Translations under genes and position numbers: made by a program
Shown here: positions 51,629-63,200 of the stretch, one piece after another
Layout: each line of letters begins with the position of its first letter
Position numbering within the stretch: the stretch's first letter is position 1
Assembly: GCA_963715985.1 (NCBI GenBank)
Contig: CAVQSP010000013.1
Location: forward strand, 576,001-640,000
Source: an uncultured Thermoleophilia bacterium
GTDB lineage: Bacteria; Actinomycetota; Thermoleophilia; UBA2241
Length of the DNA: 64,000 nucleotides
Direction: 5' to 3'
Notes under the pieces: generated by a model
The model's database searches: none
What the model saw: only the letters and a program-made list of their open reading frames with translations
What the model was told of the DNA's origin: nothing

Positions 51629-52255
51629 CTCGCGCGCCTTTGCGTGCGGACGCACGCCGGGACGGGGTCGTGCTTCGTCGCCCACGACGCCGTCGCGAGA
51701 TCTGTCTGCGCTTGGCGGTCCCACTGCCTCATTCGAGTGAGGGCCGTTGCATACGACGATCCGTGGCGTTGGCTTCGTCACAGCGGCGCGGTCCGCACAG
51801 GGTCCGCCAGACGATGGTTCCATTGATGGCTCCGCCTACGTTGACCCGCGAAGTCCGTCGTGCTATGTGAATCGTCACACAAGGCCGTGCTCGACTTCCA
51901 TGGAGGGGGCTTCGGAGATGGGTTGCAGCTGCTCACCGTCTGCAGGACGACTCCGGCTGCGAGCTGGGGGTCGGCCTCGGGCCGCGCAGCAGCACTTCGC
52001 GCGTCGACGCAGATCGGCGGGACCTCTCCGGCGCCACCCTCATCCAAGCTACCGACTTGGTCTCCGGCCACGGTCGTCGGCCGCACAGCTGCTCTGGGTG
52101 CACTCGCTCTCGTCCGCGCGCAGGTGCTCACGGGGGGAAGGAGCCGGTCCGTCCCGGGGACGCATCTTATGACGGTGTCCCGGGGCCTGGTGTTGACGAA
52201 TGGCGCCGCTGTGCCCGCGGCGTGTCATGGGGTCGTCTGAGCGACAGGGGGGATC

Positions 52256-55200
52256 ATGCGCAGGTCAGTCCGTGCTCTCACGCTTCTTCTGACCGCCGTC
52301 TGCGCGGTGGCGCTGGCCGGAACTCTGATCGCTTTCTGGGCGGAGCCTGCTCGAGCCGCCTACGGCGGCCTCGCAGCCGCTCTTGCCGACGTGACTCCGC
52401 CGCTGACCACCTGTAACTACGACGGCGCCTGGCGCAACGCTCCCGTCACCCTCACGTTCAGCGCCACTGACGCCGGCTCCGGCGTCGACTACACCGAGTA
52501 CTCGGCCGACAACGGCGTCACCTGGACGCGCGGCGCCTCGGTGGTCGTCTCGGCGCCGGGCGTGACCCCGATCCTCTACCGCTCCGGCGACAAGGCCACC
52601 CCTGCCAACGTCGAGAGCGCCAAGAGCGTGAGCGTGAAGATGCTCGGCGTCGCCCTCTATGCGGGCAGCAACACGACCATGAGCGGCAGCAGCAAGGTCA
52701 CCAGTCCCCTGATCGGCGGCCAGCCGAGCGCGGCCCTCTACGTGGCCGGCAAGCTGACCACCAGCGGCTCGGTCGATCTGAGCAAGACCGTGCAGTACGT
52801 CCAGGCGAAGGGCGCCGCGGTGCCGCCCCTGAGCCGGTTCATGCCCGACGCGCGCATCGCCCTGCTGACGCAGGCCTCACAGGCCGCCCAGCAGACCGGC
52901 ACCGTCTACAAGGGCCTCACCTACAGCGGCACCCAGAACGTGACCTTCACGGCGCCGATCACGGTGAACGGCAACCTCACCATCTCCGGCTCCGGCACCT
53001 ACACCTTCGCCTCGGTCTACGTCACCGGCAACGTGACCATCAGCAACGTCTCGGCGAAGGTCAGCTTCGCCGCACTGCGCGTCGGTGGCTCGCTCACCGT
53101 GAGCGGTGGCGGAGCCATGCAGTGGGGTCCTACCTATGTCGCCGGCAACACCACGCTCTCGGGCAGCGGCCAGTGGAACGTGGGGCTGCTCGTCACCGGC
53201 GGCAACTTCACCCTCAGCGGCAGCCAGACCATCGCCGGCGACAGGCTGGGCGCCGGCGCCGAGACCGGCCACCATCCTGCTGACGGGCCAGGGCAAGGCG
53301 CTGACCATCAGCAACACCGGCACCTTCTACGGCCTGCTCTGCAACCGCTACGGCGGCTTCACCCAGAGCGGCACCGGCATCATCAATGGCTCGGTGCTCT
53401 GCGGCGGGTCGTACATCGCCAGCGGCAGCTCGACGATCAGCCTACGACCCAGCGTGGCGAGGCTCACGCTTGACGTGACACCGCCCCACGGTGACCATCG
53501 CCTCGCCGGCAAGCTGGGAGCCTCAGCAACGACCGAGCCCCGTGCTCAGTTCACGACGCCGGACGACCCCGGCGGAAGCGGGCTGGCGATGGGTTCGCTG
53601 CAGGTCAAGCTCGACGGCGCCGTTGCAGCGGTGAAGTCGGGAGACACGCTGCGCAACCTGTCGGACGGGGTGCACACGGTCTCCGTGACGGTCGCCGATC
53701 TCGCCGGCAACGCGACTACGGCGACCACGAGCTTCACGATCGGCAAGACGACGCCCATCGTGACGCTCACTTCGCCAAACGTGACCGACGGCGGCAGGAC
53801 AAGCTACAACAGGCCGGTCTTCCGACTTCAGAGCCTCCGACCCCGGCGGCAGCCAGCTTCCCTGTGAGGTGACACTGCGTGGCGAGGCCGGCGAAGCGCC
53901 TGTCGCGGCAACGTCGGACCGGCCGCTGCCGGATGTCTTGAAGGATGGACACTACACGCTCACCGTCACGGCCCGAAATGGGCCCGGGAACGAGACGTCG
54001 AAGTCCTGCGCCTTCACCGTCGATACCGTGACGGCACTCCCATTCACCGTGTCGTCGAGCGCTCTGTACGAAGGTGACGAGATCGGTCTGTACGCCGATT
54101 CCACGGGAGCCACGGGCAACGCCGGCGGGAGTTGGGTCGGCAAGACGTGGCAGTGGAGCGTCGCTCAGCCCAGCCACGACGAGCCCACCACGTTCGACGG
54201 ACCCATCGGCTACGTGACGCTGCCGACCGCGGGCGACTACCACGTTCGCATGACCGTCACCGACGCGGCGACCGGCGCGATCTGCGTTGCGGACAAGACG
54301 CTGTCCGCGCAGCCGGAGCCGCCAAGGGTCCACGCTCTCAACGTGGAGGTCCTGAACGGCCGACCCACGACGCTCTTGGCGAGGTTCCTCGACCGCGGTT
54401 GGGAGCAGACGCACACCGCGACCTGGACGATCGACGGGGTCGGCTCGTTCGGCGGAGCAGTCAGCCGAGGACAATTACCCCGCCATCGACTCTGGCTGCG
54501 TAACAGGCCAACACCCCATCACTCGACGCATCCCACGAGCCCTATCAAGGTCACCTCACTGTGACAGATTCCACGGGCCAGAGCGCCCGGACCGACTTCA
54601 CGATCACGCCGGTCTCACCTGGTTCGAACGTCGACGAAGGCCGCTCCGGGAGCGACACGATCAAGCGGCCAGCGGACAGCCCAGTAGCATGCGGTGGACA
54701 GGTGCACCTGTCGCTACATCCAGTCGGCCGCTGACGTCGACGTCTTCGAGGTCCAGACGCCCGGCGGTAAGCCGCTGCCCTACGGCACCCAGGTGCTCGT
54801 GACGCTCCGCGACCTGCCCGCGGACTTCGACCTGGCAGTGATCCAGGACCTCGGCGCTGAAGTCGCTCTGGACGACGGTCTCGCAGGTTCGTCGCATGCC
54901 AGTGCGGGCCGCATCCCCGGCATCGGCCGCATCCCCGGCATCGGCCTGTACGACCTCGGCCGCATCCCCGGCATCGGCCGCATCCCCGGCATCGGCCGCA
55001 TCCCCGGCATCGGCCGCATCCCCGGCATCGGCCGCATCCCCGGCATCCCGCTGCTGGACGCCGGCCGCATCCCCGGCATCCCGCTGCTCGACGGTGGCCG
55101 CATCCCCGGCATCCCGCTCTTCCGTGACCCTGTCCTCTCGATGCTCTTCGACGACCTGACGCCGGTGGAGGGCAACCCCGAGGCGCCGCCGAACAGCAAC

Positions 55201-58200
55201 AGTCTCGACGGCTATCCACTGTCCGACATGAGCTTCACCGATCTCTCCGACGATACGGGCAGCAGCATCAAGTTCGAGGAACTCGGCTTCGACAACCAGG
55301 CAGTGGCCGACATGAGGGTCGCCGGCTTCTCCGCGCATTCGGGGACCAGCTCCGAAGTCGTGCTGGCGGATACGGACTTCGTCAACGGGCACACCTACAT
55401 CATGATCAAAGGCGCGAACGGAGCCTTCTCTGCGACCGAGCCCTACACGCTTCAGGTCGAGACGTCGGTGCCGAACGACACGCCCGAGGCCATCAACGCC
55501 GGCATATCGCCCTCGCCGACGCCGGTGGTCGCCAACGCCGGCAGTACGCCTGTGATCGAAGCGACCCCGCCGGCGGGCGTGACGCCGCTGACGCTCTTCG
55601 TGACCCAGGCGGATCGCATCGATGCCATCTATGCGGATTCGAGCCGCCCGAACTACAAGCCCTTCGAAGACACGATCCTGCACCCCGTGGGCGGGCGAGG
55701 GCTGGAGCAAGCGTGCGCTGACCCCCTCGTCCGCGGCGAAGTGATCTCGGTGCCGGCAAACATCTACGATGCCTGGGACCGTGCTCCGTGGGACACGACG
55801 CTGGCGAACGGCGTCGCCGAGCACATCCGCGACGACGTGATCCGGCCCTACCTGCGCGACCATCCGTCGGTCAAGTACGTCGTGCTCATCGGCAGCGACG
55901 ACATGATCCCTCAGCATCGCGCGCCCGACGGTACTACGCTGTGCAACGAGAGCGCCTACGCCGCCGGCTCCTACTTGAAGTCCAGCAGCCCTCAGCTTGC
56001 CGGCATGCTGGACTCGATGGTGCTCACCGACGACTACTACGTCGACGCGCAGCCCAGCGCCTACAACGGGCGCCCCCTCTACATTCCCGACATCGCCGTG
56101 TCACGGCTGGTCGAGAAGCCGGCCGAGATCGCCGGCCAGATTCGACAGTTCCTCACCAAGAACGGCGTCCTCGACGGCGGGAGCGCGGTCGTGACCGGTC
56201 AGGACTTCATGACCGACGGGGCCACCCGCGTGAAGAACATCCTGGCCACCGCCGGCCTCACACCCAATGCCCTCGCCGATCCGGCCAGGGACTATCTGCG
56301 CTCGTGGACGGCGAACGACGTCCGAATGGACCTGCTGAACAAGCCGGCCAACAGCAGCAACAGGCCGGCCGATGTCGGCAACATCAACGCCCATTTCACG
56401 CACTACGGCGGCCTCTCCGCCTCCGGCTACACACTCGCGAAGGCCGGTCAGGACTGGGCGAGTGAGTTCTTGTCGACCACTGACATCGCGAGCGCCGAGT
56501 CGTTCGTCGGCAAGCTGGTCTTCTCGATGGGCTGCCACGCCGGGCTCAACGTGCCCGACGACCGCGTAGCTGGCACTTCTGACGCCACCGCCAGCGTCGA
56601 TCCACGCCTCGACGTCGCCCAGGCAGTGGCGCGAACACAGGGAGTCCTGATCGGCAGTACCGGGTTCGGATTCGGCGACACCGAGGCGATCTCCTGTACC
56701 GAGGCGCTCGTCGGGAACTTCGTCGACCAGGCGTCCACGAGCGACACGGCCAGCAAACTGGCCACGCCGGAGACAGGTCAGCCGATCGGGCTCGCCCTGG
56801 CCGCGGCCAAGCGTGAGTACCTCGGCTCCCTCTCGGCGGTCACGGCTTACGATGAGAAGTCGAGCATCGAATTCACGATGTACGGCATGCCGCAGTATCG
56901 CCTGGCGTGCACGACTCATCCCTACGTTCCGGGCGTCCAGACTGGCGGGATCGACCCGCAGGGCGCCGGTATCGACTTCGGGATCCCGGAGACGGGCTTC
57001 TCTCTGACTGTCTCGGACCAGGGTGTGGACACGCCGTTTGGCGCGACCCTCAAGGAGGCGAACCCGGACCGCACGGCCCGCTTCCTTGCGGCCTACCGTA
57101 CGGTGAACGGCGTGACCAGTGGAGACGCCGAAGCCACGTACGGCGAGCCGATCCAGCCCAGGATCTCGATCTACCTCGGTGTTCAGGGTAGCAACCCGGT
57201 CAAGTCGGCGATCGTCACGGGTGGCACCTACCACGACTACGCCGGCTTCGATCCGGCCATCTCGACCGTGATGCCCACGACATATGGGGGCGTCCCAGAA
57301 CTCCAGAGCGCGGGTGGCGGCTGGTCGCCGCCCAGTCCGGTGACGGTGTCGACGATCGGCAAGGAACAATGGCTGAATGTGCTTCCCGGCCAGTTCCTGG
57401 CCACGTCACCCAGCGACGCGTCGACGATTACGGGGACCGAACGGGTCTGGAGTAGTCTGCAGGTGACGCTCGTCAGAGGCTCGACCAGTGGCACGAGCGA
57501 CACCATTGCCCCGACGGTCCACAGCGTGACGCTTTCGAACGACGGCGACTGGTGGACAGCGACGATCGACGCAGACGACAACGGCAGCGCCGCGGGCGGC
57601 GGCATCACTCAGATCGATGTCACACAGGTCGGCGCTTCGCCCGCGGTCCACAGCGACCAGGCTTTTGATCCGGCGGCCTCTGGGCCCTATCAGGTCCGGT
57701 CCTACCTGCCTGGTCTCGAGACGACAGACGTGGCCGTGATGGTCGCCGTGACCGACGCACAAGGGAACGTGACGACGGCTACGGCCAAGGGCAGCCTCAT
57801 CGTCCTGGACACCACGCCGCCGGCGATCAGCATCACCTCGCCGGCCGACGGCTCGACGTTCACAACGGCCACGCCACAGCTGGTCTGTGACACCGGCGAT
57901 GCTGCGCCGGCCAGCGTTGTGGTGAAGGTCGACGGCAATGTGGTCGCCAAGACATCCGGCCAGAATCTCGACGCCCTGGCCGACGGTCAGCATACCGTGA
58001 CAGTCAGCGGCGCGGACGCGGCCGGCAACACCGGCTCCGCCACGTCCACATTCACTGTGGCCGCGGCCCTGTTCGCCACCCACGTCGACTACGCCACCGC
58101 CTTCAACCCGTTCGCAGTCGCCGCTGGCGACTTCAACGGCGACGGCGTGAAGGACCTGGCAGTGGCCAATCACGGTGCCGATAGCGTCAGCGTTCTGCTG

Positions 58201-60150
58201 GCTCACGGCGACGGCACCTTCCAGGCCAAGGTCGACTACGCGACCGGGAGTGAATCGTGGGCGGTCGCCGTCGGCGACTTCGACGGCGACGGCGTGAAGG
58301 ACTTGGCGGTGGCCAACGCCAGCGCCTGGACCGTCAGCGTCCTGCTGGGCAACGGCAACGGCACCTTCGGGGCCAAGGTCGACTACGCGACCGGAAACAC
58401 CCCGCAAGGGGTCGCCGTCGGCGACTTCAACCGCGACGGTGCCCAGGACCTGGCGGTGGCCAGCGCCGGCGCGAATGCCGTCAGCGTCCTCCTGGGCAAC
58501 GGCGACGGCACCTTCCGGCCCAACGTCGACTACCCGACAAGCGGCGGTCCGATCAGGGTCGCCGTCGGCGACTTCAACCGCGACGGCGCTGAGGACCTGG
58601 CGGTGGCCAACGGCAACAACACCGTCAGCGTGCTGCTGGGCACCGGCAACGGCACCTTCCAGGACAAGGTCGACTACCCGACCGGCACCAGCCCGTTCGG
58701 GGTCGCCGTTGGCGACTTCAACCGCGACGGCGCTGAGGACCTGGCGACGGCCAACGCCAACGCCAACACCGTCAGCGTGCTGCTGGGCACCGGCAACGGC
58801 ACCTTCCAGGACAAGGTCGACTACCCGACCGGCACCAGCCCGTTCGGGGTCACCGTCGGCGACTTCAACGGCGACGCCATCCAGGACCTGGCGGTGCCCA
58901 ACGGCGTCGACGACACCGTCAGCTTGCTGCTGGGCATCGGCAACGGTACCTTCCAGACCAAGGTGGACTCCGTGGTCGGCGGTAGCCCGTACGGGGTCGC
59001 CGTCGGCGACTTCGACGTCGACGGAATGCAGGACTTGGCGGTGGCCAACAACCTCGACGACACCGTCAGCGTGCTGCTGAACGCTTTGCCTTCTCTCGGC
59101 TCGCTTCAGTTCGCCAGCCATGCGGAGTGGGCCACCGGAAGCGGCAACATCCATTCGGCCGCCGTCGGCGATTTCGACGGCGACGGCAAGCAGGATCTGG
59201 CGACGGCCAATGGCGGCAGCAGCGTCAGTGTCCTGCTGGGTATCGGCAGCGGCACCTTCCCCACCCATGCCGAGTACACGACCGGTTCCACGCCGTACTC
59301 GATCGCCGTCGGCGATTTCAATCGGGACGGCAAGCAGGATCTGGCGACGGCCAACTCCAACGGCAGCAGCGTCAGTGTTCTGCTGGGCACGAGCGGCGGC
59401 GTATTCGGCGCCGCGACTGACTTCACGACCGGCGCCGGCTCCACTCCGTTCTCGATCGCCGTCGGCGATTTCAATCGCGACGGTAGGCAGGACCTGGCGG
59501 TGGCAAAGGGCGGCCCTCACAGCGTCAGCGTCCTCTTGGGCAATGGCGACGGCACCTTCACGACCGGGAGCATCTACGCGACCGGCACGAACCCGCACTC
59601 GATCATCGTCGGCGACTTCAACGGCGACGGTAAGCAGGATATGGCGACGGCCAACAACTGGAGTGGCGGGGGCGTCAGCATCTTCTTGGGCAATGGCAAC
59701 GGCACCTTCGCGGTCAGGGTGGACTACATGACCGAGACCGATGTCAATCCAATGTCGGTCGCCGTGGGCGACTTCAATCGCGATGGCAGGCAGGACCTTG
59801 TTGCAGGCACCTGGGGTGGCAACAGCGCCAGGGTCCTGATCGGCGACGGCGACGGCACGTTCACGGCCGGGAGCAACGTCGCGACCGGCAGCTACGCCGG
59901 ATCGGTCGCGGTAGGCGACTTCAACGACGACGGCAGGCAGGACGTGGCGATCGCCAACGTCAACGATCAGACCATCAGCATCCTGCCGGGCAACGGTAAC
60001 GGTACATTCGCAGCCAAGGTCGACTACACGATCGGCCTCACCCTGTACGCGGTCGCCGTCGGCGATTTTAATCGGGACGGTAAGCAGGACCTTGCGACGG
60101 CCAACGCGAGCAGCAACGTCAGCGTCCTGCTCAATACGACTCCACGATGA
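52256..60150 (+). CDS. Giant secreted multidomain protein (~2600 aa if stitched): Ig-like domains, beta-solenoid-like region, GRIPGI repeats, C25/caspase-fold peptidase, Ig-like domains, 14 FG-GAP/VCBS repeats
   Basis: Track ORFs 52256..53473, 53106..53867, 53869..54564 and 54694..60150 each carry coherent domain text that changes frame mid-domain; signal peptide at 52256; [41 protein letters not shown]; GDFNxDGxxDL x14. Confidence 0.75.
54907..55113 (+). repeat. Nine identical 18-bp units ggccgcatccccggcatc (GRIPGI), arranged 2+5+1+1 with 15-bp spacers
   Basis: Units at 54907, 54925, 54958, 54976, 54994, 55012, 55030, 55063 and 55096. Confidence 0.95.
58070..60135 (+). repeat. Fourteen FG-GAP/VCBS repeats (two 7-repeat sets)
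   Basis: Seven GDF[ND]xDxxxDL motifs, linker [10 protein letters not shown], seven more; 84-bp exact DNA duplication 58621-58704 = 58768-58851. Confidence 0.92.
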
Positions 60151-60231
60151 GGTGGTCCAGGTGCGCGTCCGACTCAAAGGTGTAGACGATCGCTGAGCGC
60201 GAGTGAATGTGGCAGCGGAGGAGGTCGGCGT

Positions 60232-63200
60232 GTGGGTGACAGAAGTGAGGAAGTAGTCACCTACCTGCCGGCCTTCCTCGTGCACACGGTCGCAGGGCAG
60301 CCGGCGTCCGGTCTCCCGTGGTACGTGGAGGTCGACGGTACGATGGTCATGGCCGACCTCTCCGGCTTCACCGCGCTCTCCGAGCGGCTCGCCCGTCTGG
60401 GCGATGAGGGTGCCGAGCGCCTGACCGACGTCATCAACTCGTTCTTCGAGAAGATGCTCAAGACGGCGTCGCGCTTCGGCGGCGACACCCTCACCTTCGG
60501 CGGCGACGCCATCCTGCTGCTCTTCGACGGGCCCGAGCACGCCACCCGGGCAGCCGTCGCAGCGCTCGAGATGCTGAAACAGGTCCACCGTGCGGCCGCG
60601 ATCGAAGCCGATGACGGCAAGGTCAAGATCGGCATGTCGGTCGGCGCCCACAGCGACAGGTTCGTGCTCGCCGGCGCCGGCCTGGCCGACGAGCGCGCCC
60701 ACCTTGTCGTGATCGGCCGCGGCGCCGAGCTGACTGCTCTCGCCGAGGCGCAGGCCGAACGTGGCCAGTTGGCTGTCTCATCCAGCTGCAAGGATTTGCT
60801 CCCGAACGGGTCGACGGTCGTGCCGACCGGCGACTTCTGGCGCATCGAGGAGTCGGGGGCCCGTGCGCTGCCGCGCCTCGCCTGCGAAGGCACGTCGATC
60901 TCCGACAGGCAACTCCGACAGCTCAGCCCCTTCCTGCCCTCTTACGCCCGCATGACGAAGGGGCGCGGGGAGGAGAGGATGCAGCTCATGCCTGAGCACA
61001 GACGCGCGGTGATTGTCTTCGTCAACATCCTCGGCCTGAACGACGTGATCGCGCGAGACGGCCCCGGTGCTGCCGTCGAGCAGCTGCAAGCCTACGCAGC
61101 CGTCCTGACCAGGCTGGCGGTGCGGCATCGGGGCTTCGTCGTGAGCAGCGACATCGCCACTAAGGGCTCCAAGCTGATCGTCACCTTCGGTGCGCCGGTG
61201 GCCCACGAGTACGCTCCGGCCAACGCCTGCCGCTTCGCCCTCGACCTGGACGACGAGCTACGACGTTCCGGGCTGGGTCTTGCCCACAGGATCGGAGTCA
61301 ACGGCGGGCACGTCTTCGCAGGGGAGGTCGGTCCGTCGTTCCGGCGGCAGTACACGGTGATGGGCGATGCGGTGAATCTGGCGGCCCGGCTGATGGGCGC
61401 TGCCGAACCGGGAAACGCGCTTGTCAGCCGCACGCTGTTGAACTACGTGAGCTCCGACCTGTGCGCGCGTGAGTTGCCGCCCATCAAGGTGAAGGGCAAG
61501 GAGAAGCCAGTCGCGGTCTGCGTGCTTGAGGCGGAAGAACCGGAAGGTCCCCACATCCACGGCGGCATGGGAAGGACCCCCAGTGAAGGACGCCTTTTCG
61601 GCCGGCGGGCCGAGCTTGACCGGCTGGCGCGGAGTTGGGAGCGGGCGCGCCGCGGCAAGGGACGGGCGGTCCTCATCGCAGGCGATGCAGGCGTTGGCAA
61701 GACACGGTTGCTCGAAGAGGGCCTGCAGGCGATGTCCGCCGGCGACCGGGTGTACCGTGCCGCCTGCTTCGAGCACCTGCAGGCGGTCCCGCTGGCGCCT
61801 TGGGTCGAGCTCCTGCAGCCTATCCTCGGCGTCTCCCGGACCGAACCGACGAGCCAGCGTACGAGCAAAGTGGGCGCGCATCTCGAAGCCCATCTGCCGG
61901 ATTTCGTCGAGTTCGGTTCGCTGCTCAATCCCTTGCTGAACGTGACGCTACCGCAGAGTCAGGTCATTGGATCGCTCGACGCGCAAGCGCGGCGCGAGAA
62001 GCTGTTCGAGGTGATTGCGAGTGTCGTAACGGAGGCCGCCGGCGTCCGCGGCCTTGTCATCGGGGTTGAGGACGTGCACTGGATGGACGAGAGCTCGCTC
62101 GCGCTCGCTGCTCACCTCGCGCGCGAGGTCTCGGGGACTCGCGTCCTCTTGCTGCTCACCACACGGCCAACCGACGTTCATGTCGACCTCGGACCGGCGG
62201 CGACAACGATGGTCCTGGCCGAGCTCTCGGCGCCGGAGTCGCTCGCCATGATGCGCGATGCGTTGCGGGTGGCCGACCTGCCGGCTGAGGTGGGCGAGGC
62301 ACTCTACGCCAAGACGAGGGGCAACCCTCTCTTCCTCGAGGAGGTCATCTACTCGCTGCGGGCGCCAGTCGTGCTCGAGCGCATTCTGGGCGCCTCGTCG
62401 GTAGCGCGCGCGGCGGAGCTAGCCGCTCTGGAGATCCCCGACCGGGTGCAGGGCCTGCTCATGTCGCGCATCGATCGGCTGCCGCCCGATACGAGGGAGG
62501 TGCTCAAGGCCGGGTCGGTCGTCGGCCGCTCGTTCGATGATGCCGTGCTGAGCGGGATCGACGACGAGCTGCTGCGCGCCGTTTCCGTGCAGCGGGCGCT
62601 CGACGAGTTGATCGAGGCGGCCCTGGTGGTGTCGGGCGAGGACGGTGACACCAGAGCCGTGAGCTTCCGCCACGCTCTGGTGCAGGACGTCGCCTACGAG
62701 AGCCTGCCGTTTGCCCGCCGCCGTCAGCTGCACGGCCACGTGGCGCGCTACCTTGAAGCCACCCAGACGGTCCCCGACCATGGCCTGCTGGTGCACCACT
62801 ACCGTCACGCGTGCGATGCCGGCAAGACCCGCATTCACGCGGTCCGCGCATCGGAGTCTTCGGTCGCGGTCTACGCGAACCTGGAGGCCATCGACTACCT
62901 CGCCGTTGCGCTCGACACCGCCACGAGCCGGACGCCGCACGACGCCTGTCTCCGCAGCCGCTCTCGAGGAGCTCATGGGCGACAGCCTCGAGACGCTCGC
63001 CCGCTACGACGAAGCGGTCGCCAGCTTCTCGCAGGCCCGGCGGCGCTGGGCGTCGCTTGCGGTGCGAGCGGTCGCCGAGTCGGTGCTGTCCGAGCTGTCG
63101 CCCATCGACGAGGCCGACGCCCGCGACAGCCTGCTGTGCTGGAAGATCGCCGTAGCCATGGAACGCGGGCGCGGCGCCTACACTCAGGCCCTCCGCTGGC

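Noticed and set aside
51630-52250. Small ORFs or a c-di-GMP riboswitch upstream of the giant gene
   Set aside because: ORFs lack codon bias and motifs; no GEMM consensus recognised.
54907-55113. GRIPGI array as a CRISPR or non-coding repeat
   Set aside because: 18-bp unit and 15-bp spacers are all multiples of three inside a long ORF; it is a coding repeat.
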